Shown here in pieces: positions 17,897-28,094 of a DNA stretch of 64,000 nucleotides. Both the position numbers and the translations under genes were made by a program. The notes beneath the pieces were generated by a model. It ran no database searches, was not told the origin of the DNA, and worked only from the letters and a program-made list of their open reading frames with translations. The DNA comes from Alphaproteobacteria bacterium (GTDB lineage: Bacteria > Pseudomonadota > Alphaproteobacteria > JAPOUT01 > G958296285): contig OZ243043.1 in the NCBI GenBank assembly GCA_965212075.1, positions 713,661 to 777,660 on the forward strand. The letters are read 5' to 3'. The number at the start of each line of letters is the position of its first letter. Position 1 is the first letter of the stretch.

Positions 17897-18736
17897 ATGC
17901 GCGCATTTCAATACCTTTGGATTGCATTTTTATTCTCTGCGTCGCCAGCAAAGGCAGGGGCGCTCCTTCCCAAGCCGGGTAAATTTAAAATCATCGCTGA
18001 ATATTCTCAAAGCCGCAGCAAAGCTATCTTTAACGAAAATGGCAAAGCGGCGGATATCACGCAAGCAAACCAGCAATTACAATATCCGGAGTTGAAAAAA
18101 GAAGGCAATCTGCATATTGAAATAGGTGTTCTGTCAAAACTCGCGCTGATCGCACACGCGAAAGGCGGACAGCAGAAATTCTTTCGCCGCGAAGGGGCAG
18201 GACAGTCCAAACTTAATTGGCAAAGCGCTGATATCGGCATTCGCCTTCAGCTTTATCAAGACGATTGGACCTTATCGCTTGAAAACAGCTATGGCTATCG
18301 TCGGGAGGATATTTCCAGTGATAGCCCTGATGATCCTTTCGGAACAGAAGAAGGATTTTTCATTGATGCCGCTTTATTGGCGGGCATTCCATGGTATCTC
18401 CACCGACATATTCATGGCTTTGTTTCTGTCGCCGGGCGCTGGCAATCACATTATCAGAATCTGGAATATGACTTGCTGATCGGCGAAGCGGGCGTGAGCC
18501 TTAATCTTTCAAGGAACCCGCTCGCATGGCGCATTTTGCTGTTCGGTGATGTCTTTGTGAATGCTGAAATTAGCCGGTCATCATCACAGCGCATCATTGA
18601 ATATAAAGCACAGCCGTCAATTGTGGTGTTTCCGGTTAAGCATGTCGGCCTTCAGATTGGCACACGCTGGGTCGTTCACGGACAAAACGCGTCGCGCGGC
18701 TTCACGAGCTTTGTCAAAGTTTGGCTAGATTTTTGA
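17897..18736 (+). CDS. Putative outer-membrane beta-barrel protein
   Basis: Signal peptide MRAFQYLWIAFLFSASPAKA. Alternating amphipathic strands. Terminal aromatic residue (...VKVWLDF). Confidence 0.55.
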   Translation: MRAFQYLWIAFLFSASPAKAGALLPKPGKFKIIAEYSQSRSKAIFNENGKAADITQANQQLQYPELKKEGNLHIEIGVLSKLALIAHAKGGQQKFFRREGAGQSKLNWQSADIGIRLQLYQDDWTLSLENSYGYRREDISSDSPDDPFGTEEGFFIDAALLAGIPWYLHRHIHGFVSVAGRWQSHYQNLEYDLLIGEAGVSLNLSRNPLAWRILLFGDVFVNAEISRSSSQRIIEYKAQPSIVVFPVKHVGLQIGTRWVVHGQNASRGFTSFVKVWLDF

Positions 18737-20651
18737 CTTGCGATTCTTTGACGAGATTTTGAACGGCGTCTTCGAGCGGCAGGGTTTCAAGCTGTCCCTG
18801 TTTGAGCCCCTGTTTAAGCCATCGCAGCGCGACGGTGCGCGCTTTAAGATCGCGCTCACCGACCGCGCAGAGCAAAGGCACCCGCGCCATGCCATGAACG
18901 CGCACTTTATAATTGACTTTCTCGCTGCGCAGATCGGTTTGGACGCGCAAGCCCGCCTCCGTGAAAATCTCTTTGACTTCACGCGCATAATCATCAAATG
19001 CATTGGTGATCGGCGTGATGATCGCTTGAACCGGCGCCATCCAGAAAGGCAGCCAGCCTTCATGGTGCTCAATGAGAATCCCGGCAAAGCGCTCCATCGA
19101 GCCGAACAAAGCGCGGTGGATCATCACCGGCACCTGCTTGCTGCCGTCGGGCGCGATATAGGTCGCACCCAGCCTGCCCGGCAGATTGAAATCAAGCTGT
19201 ATCGTGCCGCATTGCCATTCGCGGCCAATCGCATCGCGCAATGTGAAATCAAGCTTCGGGCCGTAGAAAGCGCCCTCGCCCGGATTGAACTCAAACGCAA
19301 CGCCGACAGCCGCCGCGATGCGCGCCAGCGCAGCTTCGGCCTTCTGCCAGATTTCCTCGCCGCCGACGCTCTTTGCGGGGCGGCCCGCTAATTGAATCCG
19401 AATGTCGGTAAAGCCGAGGTCCTCATAAATATCAAGAATCATTTTTGTCACATTGGCGCATTCTTGTTCAATCTGGTCGGGTGTGCAGAAAATATGTGCG
19501 TCATCCTGCGTGAAATGCCGGACGCGCAATATGCCGTGCAAAGCGCCAGACGGCTCATAGCGATGAACCTTGCCAAACTCCGAAAAGCGCAGCGGCAAAT
19601 CGCGATAGCTGCGCTGGCCATATTTGAACACTTCCACATGGCCCGGGCAGCTCATCGGCTTGAGCGCGTGGATGCGGTCATCTTCGGTCTTTGAAGTGAA
19701 CATGTTCGCGCCGAACTTATCCCAATGGCCGGAGCGCTCCCAGAGCGAGCGCTGCATCATATCGGGTGTGTTGATTTCCTGAAAACCGGCCTGATTTTGC
19801 CGCGCGCGCAGATAATCTGACAGCAGGGAAAAAAACCGCCAGCCGCGCGGATGCCAGAACACAGCGCCGGGCGCCTCTTCGGAAAGATGAAACAATTCCA
19901 TGCGCGGCCCGAGCAGGCGATGGTCGCGCTTGGCCGCCTCTTCCAGCATTTTGAGATAATCGTCAAGCTGCGCCTTTGTTGCCCATGCGGTGCCGTAAAT
20001 GCGCTGCAGCATTTCATTATTGGAATCACCGCGCCAATAAGCGCCGGCGATTCGCGTCAATTTGAACGCATGGCCGAGCCTGCCGGTTGAAGGCAGATGC
20101 GGCCCGCGGCATAAGTCCTTCCATTCGCCCTGCCGATAAATTGTGATCTCCTCGTCTGCGGGAAGCGCCTCAATGATCTGCGCTTTATATTCCTCGCCGA
20201 TGGCACGGAAATGTTTGGTCGCCTCGTCGCGCGGCCAGACTTCGCGGGCGATCTTCTCATCGCGGTCAACGATCTCATGCATGCGCTGCTCAATCTGCTC
20301 AAGGTCGTCAGGCGTGAACGGCGTGTCTTTGGCGAAGTCATAAAAAAAGCCATTGTCAATCACCGGTCCGATCGTCACTTGTGTGCCGGGGAAAAGCTCT
20401 TGGACGGCCTCAGCCATCACGTGAGCCGCGTCATGGCGCAACAATTCAAGGCCATCTTGGCTTTCGGGCGTGATGATCTCCACCGCAGCGTCGGCGGCGA
20501 TCACCGTCGCGAGGTCTTTGAGCGCGCCGTCAATTTTGAGCGCAATCGCCTTTTTGCCCAAAGACTGCGCCAAACGCTGGGCAAGCTTCTGGCCGTCAAT
20601 TTTTTGCTCAAGCTCAAGCTGGCCGCCATCGGGGAGAGTCAATGTGAACAT
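18714..20651 (-). CDS. thrS: Threonine--tRNA ligase
   Basis: 645 aa. Class II aaRS motifs, N-terminal TGS/editing region, Zn-binding CPGH. Confidence 0.95.
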   Translation of the reverse strand: MFTLTLPDGGQLELEQKIDGQKLAQRLAQSLGKKAIALKIDGALKDLATVIAADAAVEIITPESQDGLELLRHDAAHVMAEAVQELFPGTQVTIGPVIDNGFFYDFAKDTPFTPDDLEQIEQRMHEIVDRDEKIAREVWPRDEATKHFRAIGEEYKAQIIEALPADEEITIYRQGEWKDLCRGPHLPSTGRLGHAFKLTRIAGAYWRGDSNNEMLQRIYGTAWATKAQLDDYLKMLEEAAKRDHRLLGPRMELFHLSEEAPGAVFWHPRGWRFFSLLSDYLRARQNQAGFQEINTPDMMQRSLWERSGHWDKFGANMFTSKTEDDRIHALKPMSCPGHVEVFKYGQRSYRDLPLRFSEFGKVHRYEPSGALHGILRVRHFTQDDAHIFCTPDQIEQECANVTKMILDIYEDLGFTDIRIQLAGRPAKSVGGEEIWQKAEAALARIAAAVGVAFEFNPGEGAFYGPKLDFTLRDAIGREWQCGTIQLDFNLPGRLGATYIAPDGSKQVPVMIHRALFGSMERFAGILIEHHEGWLPFWMAPVQAIITPITNAFDDYAREVKEIFTEAGLRVQTDLRSEKVNYKVRVHGMARVPLLCAVGERDLKARTVALRWLKQGLKQGQLETLPLEDAVQNLVKESQVKNLAKL

Positions 20652-20679
20652 GAACTTTGCTATTCCTTTATGTTCTTTA

Positions 20680-20928
20680 TTATTTTAAAGGCGGAACGGG
20701 GTCAAATCCGTGTCCGCCCCAAGGATGGCAGCGCGCAAGCCGCCGCAGAGCGAGCCAAATGCCGCGCCCGACTCCGTGTGTGATGATCGCTTCACGCGCA
20801 TAGGCCGAGCAGGTCGGCTGGAACCGGCAGGTCGGCGGCAGCAGCGGCGAGATGGTTTTCTGATAGAGCCAGATCAAACCTAGCGCCATTTTTTTTATCG
20901 CTTTCGTCATTTTAATCTGCTTCTGCAA
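20680..20928 (-). CDS. yidD: Membrane protein insertion efficiency factor YidD
   Basis: Conserved YidD core [27 protein letters not shown]. Start uncertain (M1 or M7). Confidence 0.8.
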   Translation of the reverse strand: MQKQIKMTKAIKKMALGLIWLYQKTISPLLPPTCRFQPTCSAYAREAIITHGVGRGIWLALRRLARCHPWGGHGFDPVPPLK

Positions 20929-21358
20929 TTTGTTTTAGGCAATTTTCAACCGCGTCAAAGGCGAGCAAGGTAGACGCATGACGCGCTTTATAATCGCGCA
21001 CCGGCAGCAGGATTTCAAGGTCGCGCCATTTGCCTTGAGGCGGCGGACCGTCTTGGCGCAGCATCGCGCGCATGATCTGGGTGACGTCATGCAATTCTTC
21101 GGCGGTCGCGCCGATGACGTTGCGCGCCATAATTGATGCCGCCGCCTGCCCGAGAACGCAGGCGCGCACTTGATGGGCAAAATCGCTGATATGCCCGTCT
21201 TTCATGCACAGATCAACCTCAACCGTGCTGCCGCAGAGCCGACTCACCGCTTTGGCATGCGCGTCGGGATGATCAAGCGCGCCGATGCGCGGAATGTCAG
21301 CAGCCAGACGCATGATTTTTTGATTATAAATTTCTTCTTCAATAATTTGCGCACTCAT
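20912..21358 (-). CDS. NifU/SufU-like Fe-S cluster assembly scaffold protein
   Basis: The core [23 protein letters not shown]...[18 protein letters not shown]...[12 protein letters not shown] carries three conserved Cys. The ATG overlaps the cysS stop as ATGA. The longer track ORF N-terminus is an R-rich artefact. Confidence 0.75.
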   Translation of the reverse strand: MSAQIIEEEIYNQKIMRLAADIPRIGALDHPDAHAKAVSRLCGSTVEVDLCMKDGHISDFAHQVRACVLGQAAASIMARNVIGATAEELHDVTQIMRAMLRQDGPPPQGKWRDLEILLPVRDYKARHASTLLAFDAVENCLKQIAEAD

Positions 21359-22746
21359 TTTGACCGCCATAATGTTCCTGATTGTGAATCTTCCACTATA
21401 ACGCCCATTGCCGCTAATTGGTCGCGAATTTGGTCGGCGCGCGCGAAGTCTTTTTGCGCGCGCGCGGCCTCGCGCGCGGTGATGAGGCTTTCTATTTGCG
21501 CCGCCGACATTTCTTGATCGCGCTTGAACCAAGCTTCAGGATCGCTCTGCAATAGACCCAAAAAATTCGCTGATTGCAACATCTCGCCTTTAATTGCGGC
21601 CCATGCTTTCACATCCCGCGTCTGGTGAGCGCGGTGAGCAAGCGCCGACAAAATCGTCAGCGCTTTGGGCGTATTGAGATCATCAGCGAGCGCGGATTCT
21701 ATTTCTGTGATGTCCGCTTCTTTGTCTGCCTCTACATCGCTCATCAGGCGCAGCGCGCCGTAAAATTTATCAAGCAGCTTTTGTGCGCGCGGCGCAGTCT
21801 CTGGCGTCCAGACGAGCGGCTGCCGGTAATGGGTCATCAATAAAGCCAGCCGCAGCACTTCGCCCGACCATAGAGCGCATAAATCATTGATGCGCAAAAT
21901 CGCGCCCGCAGATTTTGACATTTTCTGATCACCCATAATCACAAGTCCATTATGCAGCCAAAACCGCGCGAGCTGTCCGCCATGCACACAGACAGATTGC
22001 GCGCGCTCATTTTCATGATGCGGAAAAATTAAATCCTGTCCGGCGGCATGAATGTCAATTTCTGTGCCGAGATGTGCGTGGATCATCGCTGAACATTCAA
22101 TGTGCCAGCCCGGACGGCCTAGTGAATCTTGAGACCCCAGTAACCAGGGCGAAGGCCAGCCTGGCTGCGTCTCATCAGAAGGCTTCCATAAAACAAAATC
22201 CCTAGGGTCTTTTTTATAAGGCGCTACTTCAACGCGCGCGCCAGCGATCATATCGTCCAAAGAGCGGCCTGATAATTTTCCGTAGCCGTCAAAAGAAGGC
22301 ACATGAAACAAAATATGTCCCTGCGCCGCATAAGCATGCTGGCGATCAATCAATGTCTGAATCATCTCAATGATGTGGTCAATATGTTCTGTGGCGCGCG
22401 GCTGGATGTCGGGCGGGATCACACCCAGCCGGTGAAGATCACGCAGATAGCTCGCTTCATATTTTTGCGCAATCTCTGCGGTGCTGCAATTCGCGCTTTG
22501 CGCCGCTTGCATGATTTTGTCATCAATATCGGTGATGTTGCTCGCATAAAGCACCTTCCACCGCGTCCGCAGCAGGCGGATCAGCACATCAAAAACGACA
22601 GCCGGACGCGCATTGCCGATATGGGCAGCACCATAAACGGTCGGGCCGCACAGATAGGCGGTTGCGCCCGCTTCTGGTGCGGCGGGAACAAAATTTTCCT
22701 TGCGGCCTGTTTGCGTGTTATAAAAAAATAAACTTGTTTGGGGCAT
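21355..22746 (-). CDS. cysS: Cysteine--tRNA ligase
   Basis: HIGH (HIGNARP) and KMSKS motifs. Start at MPQTSLFFYNTQTGRKENF. Confidence 0.95.
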   Translation of the reverse strand: MPQTSLFFYNTQTGRKENFVPAAPEAGATAYLCGPTVYGAAHIGNARPAVVFDVLIRLLRTRWKVLYASNITDIDDKIMQAAQSANCSTAEIAQKYEASYLRDLHRLGVIPPDIQPRATEHIDHIIEMIQTLIDRQHAYAAQGHILFHVPSFDGYGKLSGRSLDDMIAGARVEVAPYKKDPRDFVLWKPSDETQPGWPSPWLLGSQDSLGRPGWHIECSAMIHAHLGTEIDIHAAGQDLIFPHHENERAQSVCVHGGQLARFWLHNGLVIMGDQKMSKSAGAILRINDLCALWSGEVLRLALLMTHYRQPLVWTPETAPRAQKLLDKFYGALRLMSDVEADKEADITEIESALADDLNTPKALTILSALAHRAHQTRDVKAWAAIKGEMLQSANFLGLLQSDPEAWFKRDQEMSAAQIESLITAREAARAQKDFARADQIRDQLAAMGVIVEDSQSGTLWRSK

Positions 22747-22808
22747 TTTGATTTTGTTAAGCTGTTTCAAACTCAATGATGAAATACCATAAGAGAGGTA
22801 ATGCTAGC

Positions 22809-23423
22809 ATGACAAGCCAGCCAATACATACAAAAGGCCTGCACGCGCTTCAGCCGCGTCCGACGCGGGAGCAGGCGGAAGATGCAGTCAGGACTTTGCT
22901 TGCATGGATCGGCGAGGACCCCGACCGCGAAGGCTTGCAGCGCACGCCCGCGCGCGTCATTGAAGCCTATGAGGAATTTTTTGTCGGCTACCAGCAAGAC
23001 CCAAAGGAGCTTCTTTCCCGCACGTTTGACGAGGCCGGCGGCTATGATGACATCGTTCTGCTGCGCGATATTTTGCTGCATTCACATTGTGAACACCACA
23101 TGGTGCCGTTTCATGGCTGCGCGCATGTGGCTTATTTTCCGAACAATCGTGTGGTGGGCATTTCCAAAATCGCGCGCGTTGTGGATATTTATGCGCGCCG
23201 CCTGCAAACTCAGGAAACGATGACTGAGCAAATTAAAAATGCGCTTGATGAATATCTGCAGCCCAAAGGGGTCGCGGTGATGATTGAGGCGCAGCATCAA
23301 TGTATGACGACTCGCGGCGTCTATAAGCCGAATGTCGCGACGATCACCTGTTCTTTATCCGGCGTCTTCCGCGAGGATAAAAAACTGGAGGAGCGCTTTC
23401 TCAATATGGTGCAGGCAAGATGA
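22809..23423 (+). CDS. folE: GTP cyclohydrolase I
   Basis: Conserved ...CEHHMVPF...QERLT-like core. A ribosome-binding site (AGAGAGG) precedes the ATG at 22809. Confidence 0.9.
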   Translation: MTSQPIHTKGLHALQPRPTREQAEDAVRTLLAWIGEDPDREGLQRTPARVIEAYEEFFVGYQQDPKELLSRTFDEAGGYDDIVLLRDILLHSHCEHHMVPFHGCAHVAYFPNNRVVGISKIARVVDIYARRLQTQETMTEQIKNALDEYLQPKGVAVMIEAQHQCMTTRGVYKPNVATITCSLSGVFREDKKLEERFLNMVQAR

Positions 23424-23905
23424 CAAACGCTCCGACATTTCACGCGCGCCGCTCGGTGGAGCAGGTGGAGGAAGGCACCCAGCTTGCGCCAAAATTTGAT
23501 CAAGGCGGCTTAATTCCGGCGATCGTCACCGACTTTGCGTCCGGTGAAGTGTTGATGCTCGGCTATATGAACGAAGAGGCGCTGCGCCGCACATTAGAAA
23601 CCGGCCTCGCTCATTATTGGAGCCGGTCGCGGCAAAAACTCTGGCGCAAAGGCGAACAAAGCGGCCTCGTGCAAAAAATTGCCGATATGCGCATTGATGA
23701 CGATCAAGACGCGCTCTGGCTGCGTGTGCATTTAGGCGCAACACAAGATGGCGCGCAGGCAAGCTGCCATGTCGGCTACCGCTCATGCTTTTACCGCTCA
23801 ATCAAAACACAAGATGGACAAACACAGCTCATCTTTGAAGAAGACGCCAAAACGTTTGATCCCGAAAAAATTTATGGTCATATTCCCTCTCCGACCAAAA
23901 TTTAG
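23420..23905 (+). CDS. hisI: Phosphoribosyl-AMP cyclohydrolase
   Basis: 161 aa. GLIPAIVTD...GYMNEEAL...HYWSRSRQKLWRKGEQSG is a HisI signature. Confidence 0.9.
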   Translation: MTNAPTFHARRSVEQVEEGTQLAPKFDQGGLIPAIVTDFASGEVLMLGYMNEEALRRTLETGLAHYWSRSRQKLWRKGEQSGLVQKIADMRIDDDQDALWLRVHLGATQDGAQASCHVGYRSCFYRSIKTQDGQTQLIFEEDAKTFDPEKIYGHIPSPTKI

Positions 23906-24856
23906 ATGAGCGTCAAAAGACCCCAATATCCTCAAATCGGTCTGGCACTTGGCAGCGGCGTCGCGCGCGGCTGGGCGCATATTGGCGTGTTGAAGGTGCT
24001 CACGCGCGCGGGCTTTGTCCCCGACATCATTGCCGGCACGTCAATCGGCGCTGTGGTGGGCGGCTTTTATGCTGCCGAGATGCTCTCGGACGTTGAAAAT
24101 TTTGCCCGCCGCACAACGAGAAGCAGCATTTTCGGGCTAACCGATCTCAGCCTGAGCGGCGGCGGGCTTTTTTCCGGACGGCGTCTGGGCACCCTGCTTT
24201 ATGAACAATTAGGCGGCATGAAAATTGAAGAGCTCAAAAAGCTCTTTATCCCCGTAGCCACCGAGCTTTCCACCGGCCATGAGATCTGGCTGCGCCATGG
24301 CTCTCTGGTGGACGGGCTGCGCGCGTCTTATGCGATGCCGGGTGTTTTTGCGCCCGTGCATTCCGATGGACGCTGGCTCATTGACGGCGCTTTGGTCAAT
24401 CCGGTGCCGGCATCTGTGTGCCGCGCATTTGGCGCGCGGCTGGTCATTGCGGTCAATTTGAACCGCGACGCTTTCGGCAAAGCGAGCACGACCAAGCCCT
24501 TATTGATGAGTGCACAGGAGACCTCTTTATCTGATGACGTGCAAGATAATCAAGATGATGCGGATAATAAGCGCATAACATTCAGCAATTATCGGACGCT
24601 GATACGCCAGATGTTCGGCAGTTCAGAAAAAATTCCCGGCATAACCACGGTTCTGCTCGCGGCGCTCAACATTGTGCAGGATCGCCTTGCGCGCTCGCGG
24701 CTTGCGGGCGACCCGCCGGATGTCACGATCACGCCGCGAGTCGGCCATATCAGCCTGCTTGAATTTGAAAGCGCCGCAGAGGCAATTGAACAAGGCGAAC
24801 GCGCCGCGGAGGCCAGCCTCGTCCATATTGAAGAAGCCGCCAAATTACTGATTTAA
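23906..24856 (+). CDS. Patatin-like phospholipase
   Basis: GxGxxG oxyanion motif (LGSGVARG) and GTSIG serine lipase motif. Confidence 0.85.
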   Translation: MSVKRPQYPQIGLALGSGVARGWAHIGVLKVLTRAGFVPDIIAGTSIGAVVGGFYAAEMLSDVENFARRTTRSSIFGLTDLSLSGGGLFSGRRLGTLLYEQLGGMKIEELKKLFIPVATELSTGHEIWLRHGSLVDGLRASYAMPGVFAPVHSDGRWLIDGALVNPVPASVCRAFGARLVIAVNLNRDAFGKASTTKPLLMSAQETSLSDDVQDNQDDADNKRITFSNYRTLIRQMFGSSEKIPGITTVLLAALNIVQDRLARSRLAGDPPDVTITPRVGHISLLEFESAAEAIEQGERAAEASLVHIEEAAKLLI

Positions 24857-24858
24857 AT

Positions 24859-25641
24859 TTATTTGCCCTTCCAGTTGGGCTTGCGCTTTTGTGCAAAGGC
24901 GAGCGGGCCTTCCACGAAGTCTTCGCTTTGGAACAGAGTCGCGATCTCATCATAGCGCGCATCGGCGGCTTTTTGCAGATCGGCCTCGCGCAGACTTTGC
25001 TCAATGACAGCCTTTGATGTCCGCACCGATACCGGCGAGCAAGCGAGAATCATTGCGGCCCATTTTTTAGCCTCGTCCATCAATTCTGCTTGCGGCACGA
25101 CCTTGCTGACGAAGCCGAGTTCATAGCCTTCCTGCGCGCTGACATGGCGGCCTGTCAAGATCATCCCCATCGCCTGTTTGAGCGGAATCTGGCGCGGCAG
25201 CCGGTGCAGTCCTCCAGCGAGCGCGGCCAGACCGACTCTGGGCTCGGGCAGCGCAAAGACCGCATTGTCTGACGCCAAGATGATGTCGCAGGCCAGCGCA
25301 ATCTCAAAACCGCCGCCCATCGCGACGCCGTTAACCGCGGCGATCACCGGCTTTTTCATATCATAGCGCGCGGTCAATCCGGCAAAGCCGCTCGCGGGCT
25401 GTGCCGACATGTCGCCGCCTTCCGCCTGATATTTCAAATCATTGCCGGCGCTAAAAGCGCGGTCGCCGCTGCCAGTGATGATCGCGACCCAAAGATCGTC
25501 ATCGCTGACAAAACCGTCAAACGCTTCGGCGAGCTCGCCATTGGCCGGAGGATGAAGCGCATTCATCCGCTCAGGCCGATTGAGATGGATCGTCAACAGA
25601 TGACCATCTTTCTCTACGCGGCAGAATTCATAATTGGACAT
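24859..25641 (-). CDS. Enoyl-CoA hydratase/isomerase (crotonase) family protein
   Basis: Crotonase fold signature ...FSAGNDLK...GGGFEIALACD. Confidence 0.85.
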   Translation of the reverse strand: MSNYEFCRVEKDGHLLTIHLNRPERMNALHPPANGELAEAFDGFVSDDDLWVAIITGSGDRAFSAGNDLKYQAEGGDMSAQPASGFAGLTARYDMKKPVIAAVNGVAMGGGFEIALACDIILASDNAVFALPEPRVGLAALAGGLHRLPRQIPLKQAMGMILTGRHVSAQEGYELGFVSKVVPQAELMDEAKKWAAMILACSPVSVRTSKAVIEQSLREADLQKAADARYDEIATLFQSEDFVEGPLAFAQKRKPNWKGK

Positions 25642-25710
25642 ATCCCCCCCTTAACACTTTATTAACCTTAATTGTTTAATTTTATAGACCAAAAATCAAG
25701 GATTGCCTAT

Positions 25711-26439
25711 ATGAAACTTTCACGCGATTCAGAATGGTTCGCGCCGCTGGTTTTAGGGCTAGGCGCGGCTTTTATCGTCGGTTTTATCTTGCTGCTGGTT
25801 TTCATCGTGAACCCGCCTTTGCGTGAATTGCCCAAGAGCGAGCAGCCCTTATTTGATCTTTCGCCCGAGCCTGTTGAGCTCACATTTGGCAGCCTTCATT
25901 TGCGCATTCCAAAAAATTATCTTCGCCGCCATGAGAACAATGAAATTTTGCTTCACGCGCTTTTGCCCGATATGGCGCCCTACCAGCAAAATAATTGGTG
26001 GCTGTTTGAAGATAAAAGTCCGGCGGCGCGGCTGGTGCAGATACGCTTTCTGCAGGAAAAAGGCCGCCATAGCGAGGAGCAGCGCTTCACGCATTTTTAT
26101 CTCAAAAAACTGCGTCCGGGCGATCAAGCGCAGGTGCCCAGCGGGCTGACCCATTATCTGTTCAAGCCGAGCGCCAAGCGCGACAATGAAGACCTGTTCA
26201 CCGGCAAAGATCGCCAGAATCGCCATCTGCTTTATCTATGTTTTCGCCCCAGCGCACTTTCTATCGCGCCGAATTGCAGCCGGACATTCCCTTTCGCTGC
26301 GAATATATCTTTGACGTATCGCTTCAAGCGCGCGCATCTCAAAAATTGGCGCGAAATTGATGATCGCGTGCAAGATTTAATTAAAAAATTTGATCATCTA
26401 TCGCGGCGCATTTCGCGCAGAGCGCCTACTTCCGGATGA
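25711..26439 (+). CDS. Hypothetical membrane-anchored protein
   Basis: The start was set at MKLSRDSEWF (AAGGA ribosome-binding site 8 nt upstream). One N-terminal TM helix. No recognised domain. Confidence 0.5.
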   Translation: MKLSRDSEWFAPLVLGLGAAFIVGFILLLVFIVNPPLRELPKSEQPLFDLSPEPVELTFGSLHLRIPKNYLRRHENNEILLHALLPDMAPYQQNNWWLFEDKSPAARLVQIRFLQEKGRHSEEQRFTHFYLKKLRPGDQAQVPSGLTHYLFKPSAKRDNEDLFTGKDRQNRHLLYLCFRPSALSIAPNCSRTFPFAANISLTYRFKRAHLKNWREIDDRVQDLIKKFDHLSRRISRRAPTSG

Positions 26440-27205
26440 TGCGCGCCGGCATGCCAGCCGCGGTGCTGTGCGCGGGAATGTCCTTCAACACGACGCTGCC
26501 CGCAGCGATGATCGCGCCTTCGCCGATTTCTATATTGCCGAGCACCGAGGCGCCCGCGCCGATGAACGCGCCGCGCCGCACTTTGGGATGACGATCGCCG
26601 GGCTCCATGCCGCGTCCGCCCAGCGTCACGCCGTGCAGCAAAGAAACATCATCTTCCACGATCGCGGTCTCGCCAATGACCACCCCGCTCGCATGATCAA
26701 TCATCACGCAGCAGCCAATTTCAGCCGCCGGATGAATATCAACCGCCCACAGATCACAGACCCGCCCCTGCACAAACAAAGCCATCATGCGCTGCCCCTG
26801 CTGCCAGAAGCGATGCGCAAAGCGATAGGCCGACACCGCCTTAAACCCCTTAAAGTTCAAAAAGGCCTGCAGAACATGGGTGCAAGCGGGATCGCGCTGG
26901 TGGATCGCGGTGAGGTCGCAGGCGGCCTCATGTTCCATCTCTGGCGTCAAAGCTTCGGCCAACAGCGCGTCTAGAGCCGCGCTGCTCATATGCTCATTGC
27001 TCAAAGCCTCTGCGAGCTGGGCGGCCAAGCTCGCGCCTAGCGCGGGATGATCCAATATCTTCGTCTGAAGAAAATGTTCAAGCGGCGGCTCACTTTTGGC
27101 AAAATCGCGCGCCTGCTGGCATAGCTCATCCCAGATGGCGTCAGACCCCGGACAGCGCCGCTCATCAGGTTTTTTGCCCGGATATGTTAAAATGCGCTCA
27201 GCCAT
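26426..27205 (-). CDS. cysE: Serine O-acetyltransferase
   Basis: N-terminal SAT helical domain plus C-terminal hexapeptide repeats (IGEGAIIAAGSVV...). Confidence 0.9.
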   Translation of the reverse strand: MAERILTYPGKKPDERRCPGSDAIWDELCQQARDFAKSEPPLEHFLQTKILDHPALGASLAAQLAEALSNEHMSSAALDALLAEALTPEMEHEAACDLTAIHQRDPACTHVLQAFLNFKGFKAVSAYRFAHRFWQQGQRMMALFVQGRVCDLWAVDIHPAAEIGCCVMIDHASGVVIGETAIVEDDVSLLHGVTLGGRGMEPGDRHPKVRRGAFIGAGASVLGNIEIGEGAIIAAGSVVLKDIPAHSTAAGMPARIIRK

Positions 27206-27276
27206 ATTTTTCCTTATTTTTTGCTGTCCGTTTTGCTCTATATTAAAGGAGCTAATTTCAAAAAAGGAAATTGTTT

Positions 27277-28071
27277 ATGAATAAATTACCCGACCATCCG
27301 GTGGCAATCGTTACGGGCTCGGCGACCGGTCTGGGTGCGGCGGTGGCTCTGCGGCTGGCGCGGTCGGGGGCGCATATTGCCATCAACTACACCAAAAGCG
27401 AAACAGAAGCCAAAGAGACCGCCGCTTTATGCGAAAAAGAAGGCGCTAAGGTGATCTTGGCGCGCGGCGATGTCGCCTCAGATGAAGACTGCCAAAACAT
27501 CGCCAAAGCGGTTATAGAAAAATGGGGGCGGATTGATATTCTCGTCAATAATGCCGGAACGACAAAATTTGCGTCCCACGCCAACCTTGATGCGCTGAGC
27601 AGCGAGGATTTTGTCCATCTCTATCAGGTCAATGTGATCGGCGCGTTCCAGATGACCCGCGCGGTCGCACCGGCGATGAAACAGCAGGGCTATGGCGCGA
27701 TCGTCAATGTTTCGTCCATTGCAGGCGTGACCGGCATCGGCTCGTCTGTGGCTTATTGCGCATCCAAAGGCGCGCTGAACACGATGACCCTGTCGCTGGC
27801 GCGCGCGCTCGCACCAGAGATCAGAGTCAATGCAGTCTGTCCGGGCTTTATCGGCACGCGCTGGTTCAAGGATCGCTTCGGCGATGATATGTTCGCGGGC
27901 ATGGTTGAGCAGCAGAAAAAAGATATGCCGTTGGAACAAGCGGGCACGCCCGATCTCGTCGCCGATGCGGTGGTGTTTTTCTGCGGCGAGGGCGCGCGCC
28001 ATATTACCGGTGAGACTTTATTGTCGGATGCCGGTATGCATTTGGGCGGCGCATCCTTCGCGATGAGATAA
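27277..28071 (+). CDS. SDR-family oxidoreductase
   Basis: TGSATGLG Rossmann motif. S...YxxxK catalytic pattern (YCASK). Confidence 0.85.
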   Translation: MNKLPDHPVAIVTGSATGLGAAVALRLARSGAHIAINYTKSETEAKETAALCEKEGAKVILARGDVASDEDCQNIAKAVIEKWGRIDILVNNAGTTKFASHANLDALSSEDFVHLYQVNVIGAFQMTRAVAPAMKQQGYGAIVNVSSIAGVTGIGSSVAYCASKGALNTMTLSLARALAPEIRVNAVCPGFIGTRWFKDRFGDDMFAGMVEQQKKDMPLEQAGTPDLVADAVVFFCGEGARHITGETLLSDAGMHLGGASFAMR

Positions 28072-28094
28072 TATTGAGATAATATTTTGATGAG